Assembly (NCBI RefSeq): GCF_035285525.1
Contig: NZ_JAYKGW010000185.1
Span: forward strand, 1 to 10,753
Reading direction: 5' to 3'
Source: Okeania sp.
GTDB taxonomy: Bacteria > Cyanobacteriota > Cyanobacteriia > Cyanobacteriales > Microcoleaceae
Length of the DNA stretch: 10,753 bases
Numbering within the stretch: the first letter of the stretch is position 1; each line of letters starts with the position of its first letter. Below, piece after piece: positions 1 through 5,629 of this stretch. Below the pieces are notes generated by a model, which saw nothing but the letters and a program-made list of their open reading frames with translations, had not been told where the DNA came from and searched no databases. A program made the position numbers and the translations under genes.

Positions 1-205
1 TTATGTTTTCTATTTGATTATTCTCAATAATATTAGAAATATTTTTCCTAAAAGTTTTACAGGCATAAAAATTAGCATCAATTGCCCAAACCAACTTAAA
101 TCCTGCCTTATGAAATGGTAAATCCATGCCTCCACAACCAGAAAATAAAGATATGATTTTTGGCGCTTGATTCCAATTTATCTTTTTTAAACGTTCAATC
201 AACAT
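1..205 (-). CDS. DNA (cytosine-5)-methyltransferase, N-terminal part only; the gene continues past the left window edge
   Basis: Reverse-complement translation from the ATG at 205..203 gives MLIERLKKINWNQAPKIISLFSGCGGMDLPFHKAGFKLVWAIDANFYACKTFRKNISNIIENNQIENI. LFSGCGGMDLPF..AGF is the FxGxG AdoMet-binding motif I of C5 methyltransferases, and the usual AIDxN..A..TF..N block follows. The frame stays open to the window edge, which explains its absence from the ORF track. Confidence 0.75.
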   Translation of the reverse strand, partial: MLIERLKKINWNQAPKIISLFSGCGGMDLPFHKAGFKLVWAIDANFYACKTFRKNISNIIENNQIENI

Positions 206-502
206 TTTATTCAAAAATAATACAACCAGATACAGGGGATTCTACTTTGGTGAAGTACAACCTACGCGAGTAAGATGCACAGTTCAAAAAAATCGCACTG
301 AGAACATTTAATTATTAATATCTGTACTTCTTATACTTAGAATCTACTGTATAGAAACCAATATAAATTAGAGTTTAATTTTCTGATATTAAATTGTTAA
401 TTTCCCTCAAATATACAGAAAATATACTAATTTTTCCAATTATAAACATTTATAGACAAGATTGCTGATCTAAGATATATTATATTAATAAAGTTAATAA
501 AA

Positions 503-536
503 AGATGAAGCCTTGTGACTTGCTCTTTGTCAAAAT
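503..536 (+). repeat. Isolated 34-nt fragment homologous to an internal part of the downstream kinase gene (1179..1212)
   Basis: agatgaagccttgtgacttgctctttgtcaaaat at 503..536 matches agatgaagggttgcgacttgctctttgtcaacat at 1179..1212 at 30 of 34 positions, on the same strand. Confidence 0.6.
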
Positions 537-710
537 TTATTTCTATAGCGACCGGGAATGATTTATAAGATATTTAATAACTATTAAAAGAAATCAAAAT
601 CTTTCTATATTCTCACTCCTGACTGCTGATTCCTAATTACCAAGAAAATCTCACAAATGAAATATGATTGTTATAGATTTAATCTGTAAATCCTAATTAT
701 CAATTATCCA

Positions 711-805
711 TTAAAAATTATGGCATGGCTTCCAGGAAAAAAAATTTATGGCGATGTAGCTACCGCTAGGCTCCGCCAACGCTAAATTATGCAAAAAGAA
801 TTAGG
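711..805 (+). pseudogene. Relic duplicate of the kinase 5' end (leader, ATG and the first ~20 codons), interrupted by a 24-nt insertion and ending at an early stop
   Basis: 711..755 plus 780..805 aligns with 973..1043 at 65 of 71 positions (ttaaaaattatggcatggcttccaggaaaaaaaattta...aaaaagaattagg). The ATG at 720 reads MAWLPGKKIYGD-[VATARLRQ]-R-stop, compared with MAWLPGKKIYGNRYIIQKELGKGG in the real gene. Confidence 0.75.
756..779 (+). mobile_element. 24-nt micro-insertion of the small-dispersed-repeat type, splitting a HIP1 octamer
   Basis: gtagctaccgctaggctccgccaa is present in the relic copy and absent from the paralogous position in the real kinase 5' end. Its flanks are ggcgat and cgct, which rejoin as GCGATCGC. 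Related copies occur at 1715..1739 (reverse orientation) and 5493..5520. Confidence 0.7.
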
Positions 806-845
806 AAAAATTAGTAGAATATATATGTGAATGGTAAGATTTTAT

Positions 846-899
846 TGTAGGGGTTTGGCTTCCAAATCCCTGCTTGGGTTTGGAGACCAAACCCCTACA
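846..899. repeat. Long palindromic hairpin element
   Basis: tgtaggggtttgg at 846..858 is perfectly complementary to ccaaacccctaca at 887..899. An inner pair, tccaaa (861..866) with tttgga (880..885), extends the stem. It lies between the relic and the real kinase start. Confidence 0.7.
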
Positions 900-981
900 G
901 TTTTCTCTAACAAATCATTGAGGATAACTATAGTAATCCCCATTACAAAAAAACTTCTAACTTCTGATTTAGTTAAAAATT

Positions 982-1785
982 ATGGCATGGCTTCCAGGAA
1001 AAAAAATTTACGGGAATCGTTACATTATTCAAAAAGAATTAGGCAAGGGTGGCTATAGTATTACTTATATTGCTAAAACCAATAAAGGTGAACGAGTAGT
1101 TATTAAAACTCTAAAAGATGAAATTTTTATCTCTAAAAATCTCACAAATTTTCTAGAAAAATATCAACAAGATTTTCGAGATGAAGGGTTGCGACTTGCT
1201 CTTTGTCAACATCCAAATATTGTACAGATAAAAAATGTTTTTACTGAAGGAAAACATCCCTGTATTGTGATGGAATATGTGGTAGGAGAAGATTTAGAAA
1301 AATTAGTTAAAAGAAAGGGGAAATTATCAGAAAATGAGGCATTAATTTACATTAGACAAATAGGAGAAGCTTTAACAGTAATCCACTCTAAAGGTTTATT
1401 ACATCGGGATGTTAAACCACAAAATATTATTGTCCGTAATCTTAACAATAAACCCGAAGCAGTTTTGATTGATTTTGGTATTGCTCGTGAGTTTATTCCA
1501 GATGTGACTTTGACTCAAACTGTGGCTGGTTCAAATGGCTTTTCTCCCATTGAACAATATGCAGAAAAAGCCAAGCGAGGAGAATTTACCGATGTTTATT
1601 CTTTAGCATCAACTCTTTATTATTTACTAACTGCTGAAGTTCCCATTCCAGCACCAGCAAGAGCAGCAAGAATAGCTCTTAACTTACCAAAACAATTTAA
1701 TCCGAAAATTAGCGTTGGCGGAGCAAGTGCGGCAGCTATATCGCTGTCAAGAAGCTATTGTTCAAGGTATGGCATTTCATGCTGA
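982..1785 (+). CDS. Hanks-type Ser/Thr protein kinase catalytic domain. This is the 5' portion of a kinase-GUN4 gene, and the frame is lost at about 1715 because of a 25-nt insertion.
   Basis: Kinase motifs present: G-loop LGKGGYS, VVIKTLK lysine, HRDVKPQNIIV catalytic loop, DFGIAREF, GFSPIEQ. After PKIS (about 1711) the translation turns into low-complexity sequence (VGGASAAAISLSRSYCSRYGISC). The expected kinase C-lobe end (QEAIVQGMAFHAEERPQSVAEWL) continues in the +1 frame. Confidence 0.9.
   Translation: MAWLPGKKIYGNRYIIQKELGKGGYSITYIAKTNKGERVVIKTLKDEIFISKNLTNFLEKYQQDFRDEGLRLALCQHPNIVQIKNVFTEGKHPCIVMEYVVGEDLEKLVKRKGKLSENEALIYIRQIGEALTVIHSKGLLHRDVKPQNIIVRNLNNKPEAVLIDFGIAREFIPDVTLTQTVAGSNGFSPIEQYAEKAKRGEFTDVYSLASTLYYLLTAEVPIPAPARAARIALNLPKQFNPKISVGGASAAAISLSRSYCSRYGISC
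1715..1739 (-). mobile_element. 25-nt micro-insertion of the same family as 756..779, in reverse orientation, disrupting the kinase gene
   Basis: ttggcggagcaagtgcggcagctat resembles ttggcggagcctagcggtagctac, the reverse complement of 756..779, with one extra internal base. Its flanks agcg and atcgct rejoin as aGCGATCGCt (HIP1). Deleting 1715..1739 joins agc gat cgc tgt caa gaa, giving NPKISDRCQEAIVQGMAFHAEERPQSV in a single frame. Confidence 0.75.
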
Positions 1786-2956
1786 AGAACGCCCCCAGTC
1801 AGTAGCAGAATGGTTATCTTATTTTACAGAATTAAAAAGTCAAAATTTAAAAGTCAAAAGTAATGCTTTCTTTACTGAAAATTTTGACAATACAATAATT
1901 TCCCAAGATTATTTGACATCTGAAAATTTGACGAAATCTTTTAATCAAACAGAAGTTGATTATAGAAAATTAGAGAATCTTTTAGCTGCCCGAAAATGGC
2001 AAAAAGCAGATGCAGAAACTAGAGAAATAATGCTGAAAATTTTAGACCGAGAAACTAGAGAATGGGGAACAAAAGCAGAAATAGAAAAATTTCCCTGCAA
2101 AGACTTAAGTATTATCGATAAACTTTGGATTAAATATAGTAATGGTAGGTTTGGTTTCACCGTTCAAAAAATAATTTGGCAGAATATTGGTGGTAAACCT
2201 AATGCTGACCATAATATTTATATCAGGTTTGCTGAACAGATAGGATGGCGACTAAATGAAAATTGGTTATCTTGGTTTGATTTTAATTTTAATATTAATG
2301 CACCAGTCGGACATTTGCCTTGTGGATTAGGGCGAGGAGTAATAGATTTTGGTATTGCTTTTTTATCTCGAATAGAAATTTGCGGACTTGAGGAACCGAA
2401 AAATATTCCTCTTAATATTGGCAAAGTAAAAATAGACTATTCTCGTCTAAGAGATTTTTTGTCAGCTCGAAATTTTCGAGAAGCCGATCAAGAAACTGTC
2501 GCTTTAATGTTGCAAGTAGTTGGCAAAAATAAAGACGAAAAATTGACTCTTTTTGATATAGAAACTTTTCCTTGTTTGGAGCTGGAGAAAATTAATCAAC
2601 TTTGGCTAAATTATTCTCAAGGGCGTTTTGGTTTTACTGTACAAAAATCTATTTATTTTCATGTAGAAAAAAGTATTGAGCAGAGGTTCGGGAAAAATCG
2701 TAAATATCACAAAATGATTTGGCAAAATTTTAGTGATGTTGTGGGATGGCAAGTGGCAGGTAAGATAAAATATTATAGTGAGTTTGATTTTAGTTTAAAT
2801 GCACCTTTCGGTCATTTACCTGTTTCATGGTGTGTCAAATTTAAAGTGGAAAAGTTTGGGGTAGGAGTCTGGCGAGAAACTTTTTTTAATCGTGTGAATA
2901 ATTGTTTGATTAATACAGGAAAAATCTATCTTAATGAAGTAGAAAAAAATCAATAA
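1715..2956 (+). CDS. 3' portion of the same kinase gene: end of the kinase C-lobe, a linker, and two tandem GUN4 domains
   Basis: Repeat 1 (about 1955..2380): YRKLENLLAARKWQKADAETREIMLKI...FPCKDLSIIDKLWIKYSNGRFGFTVQKIIW...IGWR...NAPVGHLP. Repeat 2 (about 2429..2899): YSRLRDFLSARNFREADQETVALMLQV...FPCLELEKINQLWLNYSQGRFGFTVQKSIY...VGWQ...NAPFGHLP. Both match the GUN4 signature W-x-x-AD, FPC-x-DL, LW-x-x-S-x-GRFGF-x-VQ, GHLP. The M at 1715 in the track is a TTG inside the insertion and is not a real start. Confidence 0.85.
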   Translation: MAEQVRQLYRCQEAIVQGMAFHAEERPQSVAEWLSYFTELKSQNLKVKSNAFFTENFDNTIISQDYLTSENLTKSFNQTEVDYRKLENLLAARKWQKADAETREIMLKILDRETREWGTKAEIEKFPCKDLSIIDKLWIKYSNGRFGFTVQKIIWQNIGGKPNADHNIYIRFAEQIGWRLNENWLSWFDFNFNINAPVGHLPCGLGRGVIDFGIAFLSRIEICGLEEPKNIPLNIGKVKIDYSRLRDFLSARNFREADQETVALMLQVVGKNKDEKLTLFDIETFPCLELEKINQLWLNYSQGRFGFTVQKSIYFHVEKSIEQRFGKNRKYHKMIWQNFSDVVGWQVAGKIKYYSEFDFSLNAPFGHLPVSWCVKFKVEKFGVGVWRETFFNRVNNCLINTGKIYLNEVEKNQ

Positions 2957-2958
2957 AA

Positions 2959-3482
2959 AGTCGAATTAAAATTGTTAAAGGTGATATTGCTCAACAGAAA
3001 GTTGATGCTATTGTTAATTCTACAGACCGCGCTCTTTCTTCTGGTTCAACGATATCTTATTCTATTCATAAAATAGCTGGATTAGAACTTAGAGAAGCTT
3101 GTCTAAGATTACATGCTTGTCAACATGGGGAAGCAAAAATTACTAATGGTTATAATTTATTTGCTAAGTGGGTTATTCATACAGTTGCTGCTAGATGGCA
3201 AGGTGGAAGTTTAGGAGATAGAATACACTGATAAAATGTTATCAAAATAGTTTAGCTTTGGCAGAAAAATATGCTGTTAAAACTATTGCTTTTCCTCCTA
3301 TTACTACTGGTGCTTTATGTTTTCCGGTGGAAGTAGCGGCAAGAATAGCTATTACTGAAGCAATTGAGTTTTTGTTAGAATGTAAGTCTATTGAACAGGT
3401 GATTTTTGTTTGCTTTGAGGTTCGGGTTTATGAACAATATTTAGAGGTTTTTTCTGAAATATATAGATATATAGAGGGTTAA
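2959..3482 (+). pseudogene. Macro-domain (Appr-1''-p processing / ADP-ribose-binding family) gene remnant, with no start codon, a frameshift and degenerate motifs
   Basis: Frame 1, about 2959..3231: KSRIKIVKGDIAQQKVDAIVNSTDRALSSGSTISYSIHKIAGLELREACLRLHACQHGEAKITNGYNLFAKWVIHTVAARWQGGSLGDRIH-stop. Frame 3, 3222..3482: NTLIKCYQNSLALAEKYAVKTIAFPPITTGALCFPVEVAARIAITEAIEFLLECKSIEQVIFVCF. Together these follow the macro-domain layout GDIT..VDAIVNAAN..GGGV.GAIH..AG..L..C...GEA.IT.G..L.AK.VIHTVGP.W.GG....L..CY.NSL.LA......IAFP.ISTG. There is no ATG, GTG or TTG between the in-frame stop at 2935 and the domain. NAAN has become NSTD and GGGV has become SGST. Confidence 0.75.
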
Positions 3483-3730
3483 ATTTTCTGAGTGTTGCGT
3501 ATAGAGCAAGAGTAAATACATTTTGTGAAGCACCTCGCTATAGAGGGTGAATGATGGAATTTTCTGATTATGGCTCTATACTTTCTGGTTCATACATTTT
3601 GTGAAGCATCCCAATATGGAGGATGAATGGTGGAATTTTCTGATTATGGCTCTATACTTTCTGGTTTATATATTTTGTGAAGCACCCCGCTATGGAGAAT
3701 GAATGGCGCAATTTTCTCATTATGTTGGTC
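3482..3730. repeat. Tandem repeat, 76-bp unit, about 3.3 copies
   Basis: aattttct(g/c)attatgg... recurs at 3482, 3558, 3634 and 3710, an exact 76-nt spacing. a(c/t)attttgtgaagca recurs at 3518, 3594 and 3670. The array begins on the stop codon of the macro remnant. Confidence 0.85.
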
Positions 3731-3999
3731 AATATTGCACGAACCTTATATTTCTGAAGTTTTCGGGGAGTTGGGATGGGGGATTCCATTTAATATCCCT
3801 ATAATCTTATGTTGTATAATATAACACCCTCCTTGGTTTAGCACTATAAGTCTCTTATTGACAGGGTTCCAGGGTGTTTAAGATAGGGTGAATATCTGCC
3901 AAATTCCATCTAATCCTACCTGTTATACGGGCTGAAGGCTTAAACTGGTCAGTAATGCAGCCCATTTAGAAGTTTTTGTATATCACGCACTCAGCCGTG

Positions 4000-4028
4000 T
4001 TGACACTTAATTACTTTAGTGCTATCCT
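4000..4028 (+). promoter_or_regulatory. Candidate sigma70-type promoter (TTGACA, 17-nt spacer, TATCCT) about 190 nt upstream of the DUF924 gene
   Basis: ttgaca at 4000..4005, a 17-nt spacer, and tatcct at 4023..4028. This is motif resemblance only. Cyanobacterial promoters often lack a -35 element, so the match may be fortuitous. Confidence 0.25.
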
Positions 4029-4224
4029 ACACCACAAGGATTTTTCGTTAAGGGATTAGTCCTTCGCCTTAGTATCTTAGGCAGCTAAGCGCTTTCTAGT
4101 TAATAGCTAGAGATATTCCTGGTGAGAATTCTATGAGCTTCCGGAAGCACTGCTTTTGATAGGGTATATCATTAAGCTATTCTTGATTTTTTTGCCAATA
4201 TAAAACATACTCACAGCCCTAATC

Positions 4225-5061
4225 ATGATTCTCCGAATAAAAGTCACATTTTTCAGTTTTATCTCGTTCCTTCTTGTCTTATTTTGGGTAGCTAGTCCTG
4301 TAGCATTAGCTTTTACTGAACCTATCCTCATTACCGACCCAACTAACACGGTTGATCTCAAAGATTGTCTAAAGCCAAACCCAGATCAACAACAGCATTT
4401 TTTGGAGAAGACTGATCCAAAAGCCATAGAAATTCTTCGCTTTTGGTATGAGCAATGGGATAATGATATAGTTAAAGGAGGAAAAGGAGTCTACAATAGT
4501 AAGTGGTTTCCTCATGGTCCTGCGGGCGCTGCAGGTAGTCAGGAAGTTGATAAGCAAATCCGCGAAAAGTTCTCAAAAACATTTGACGCGGCTGTCGAGG
4601 GCAAGCTGACATGGGAAATCGATACAAATCCCTATGAAAACTTAGCCTATATTTTACTGATCGATCAATTTTCCCGGAACATGTTTCGAGGCACTAACAA
4701 AGCATACAAATATGACAACCTAGGCTTAGCGGCGGCGGACAAAAACCTGCAAGGTTGCTTCTTTAACTATTATTTTACTGGCTACCAAAAGCTGTTTGTT
4801 GTGTATCCGTTCATGCACGATGAAAATCTTGCCTCCCAAAAGCGATCATTAGAGTTTCTCAAGATAATTAACGAAGATGAGGAACATCGATATGAGTTTC
4901 TGAATGCATTTCAAAAGGCATTCGAGCATTACCAAATGATTTTTATGTTTGACCGTTTTCCGCATCGAAATAGTCGCCGTGGCCGTCCGAATAAAGATAA
5001 TGAACGGTCTTACTTGGAAAAAATGCAGACTCTGGGGTTTGTGGATGGCTCCAAATGGTAA
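4225..5061 (+). CDS. DUF924 family protein with an N-terminal signal peptide or membrane anchor
   Basis: LAYILLIDQFSRNMFRGTNKAYKYDNLGLAAA, YPFMHDENLASQ and FDRFPHRNSRRGRPNKDNERSYL match the conserved DUF924 blocks (LDQFxRNxFRG, PxxHSE, F(G/D)RFPHRN..LGR.ST.EE..(F/Y)L). The N-terminus MILRIKVTFFSFISFLLVLFWVASPVALAFTEP is hydrophobic and has an ALA-like cleavage motif. Confidence 0.85.
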   Translation: MILRIKVTFFSFISFLLVLFWVASPVALAFTEPILITDPTNTVDLKDCLKPNPDQQQHFLEKTDPKAIEILRFWYEQWDNDIVKGGKGVYNSKWFPHGPAGAAGSQEVDKQIREKFSKTFDAAVEGKLTWEIDTNPYENLAYILLIDQFSRNMFRGTNKAYKYDNLGLAAADKNLQGCFFNYYFTGYQKLFVVYPFMHDENLASQKRSLEFLKIINEDEEHRYEFLNAFQKAFEHYQMIFMFDRFPHRNSRRGRPNKDNERSYLEKMQTLGFVDGSKW

Positions 5062-5452
5062 TCGTTCCCAACTCTTGGTAAACCTCTAAGTCCTACTGCA
5101 ATCAGAGCATCTTGCTTTGATACGTTATGCTGTCTCTAACGCATCAGAAATATATTTGCTTTTTCATCCTAACCCTGTGCTGCACTCGAGGGCTTGACGA
5201 GCGCTTGGTTCTTACAAAAAAAATCCATAGCCGTCGGTGAGCACAAATGTTAGGCAATAGCTTTGTGATCTAGTATATATCGATGCCAACCCACTGAAGA
5301 CCACCGTCTTCTTGCTGTCACAATCGCCTCATTATTCATATTCAAAGCCAAAACTGTCATCACCAAGCCAGAAGCAGTGGCCAAAGTCCATCGTAATTTT
5401 CTCACAGTGGGGGCAGATACTGTTGCTCCATATGCAGTAGAAAATGGGACAA

Positions 5453-5608
5453 TTACAGCGATTTTTATTTCAGAAAACTACAGTAGGGACGTATGGCTAA
5501 CGCCAAGCTCCGCTAACGCTGGGCGACATGTAACGCATTTTTGTTATGCAACGTCCCTACAAAATTTTGGTTATGGCGATTAGTTTATCTATTTGAAAAC
5601 CACTGTAA
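5453..5608 (+). mobile_element. MITE-like element, copy L, with terminal inverted repeats and a central hairpin; carries a nested ~40-nt insertion
   Basis: The termini ttacagcgattttt (5453..) and aaaaccactgtaa (..5608) are inverted repeats. The central stem pairs gtagggacgt (5483..5492) with acgtccctac (5551..5560). Apart from the nested insert, it aligns along its whole length with the reverse complement of 8187..8302. Confidence 0.75.
5493..5534 (+). mobile_element. Nested ~40-nt insertion inside MITE copy L, containing a third copy of the micro-element core
   Basis: Copy L reads gtagggacgt-[atggctaacgccaagctccgctaacgctgggcgacatgtaac]-gcatttttg, where copy R (reverse complement) reads gtagggacgt-ta-gcatttttg. 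The core tggctaacgccaagctccgctaacgct matches tagctaccgctaggctccgccaacgct (757..783) at 22 of 27 positions. Confidence 0.65.
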
Positions 5609-5629
5609 TCATAACCTTTATTTCTAAAA

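Noticed and set aside
831-1058. A 75-aa plus-strand ORF overlapping the kinase start
   Set aside because: It runs through the 846..899 palindromic element and is out of frame with the well supported kinase start at 982.
1960-2424. Minus-strand ORFs at 1960..2160 and 2218..2424
   Set aside because: They are antisense to the strongly supported GUN4 coding frame and show no motifs.
3838-4026. ttagcactataag (about 3838..3851) and actttagtgctat (4013..4025) form a distant inverted pair and resemble CIRCE half-sites
   Set aside because: The halves are about 165 nt apart instead of 9 nt, and each matches only 7-8 nt of the CIRCE arm. This is probably chance, or at most long-range RNA pairing, which I cannot support.
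4131-4557. Minus-strand ORFs at 4131..4361 and 4369..4557
   Set aside because: They are antisense to, or overlap, the start of the DUF924 gene and have no recognisable features.
5119-5145. The hairpin gatacgtta-N9-taacgcatc downstream of the DUF924 gene, considered as a rho-independent terminator
   Set aside because: The stem has a mismatch, is AT-rich, and is not followed directly by a T-run, so it is too weak to call.
5290-5452. An open minus-strand frame (VPFSTAYGATVSAPTVRKLRWTLATASGLVMTVLALNMNNEAIVTARRRW...), considered as a possible gene remnant
   Set aside because: From the first ATG it is only about 36 codons long, it has no recognisable family signature, and I cannot distinguish it from chance without a database search.
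5377-5583. A 68-aa plus-strand ORF
   Set aside because: Most of it is read through MITE copy L and its nested insertion, so it is repeat-derived and not a gene.
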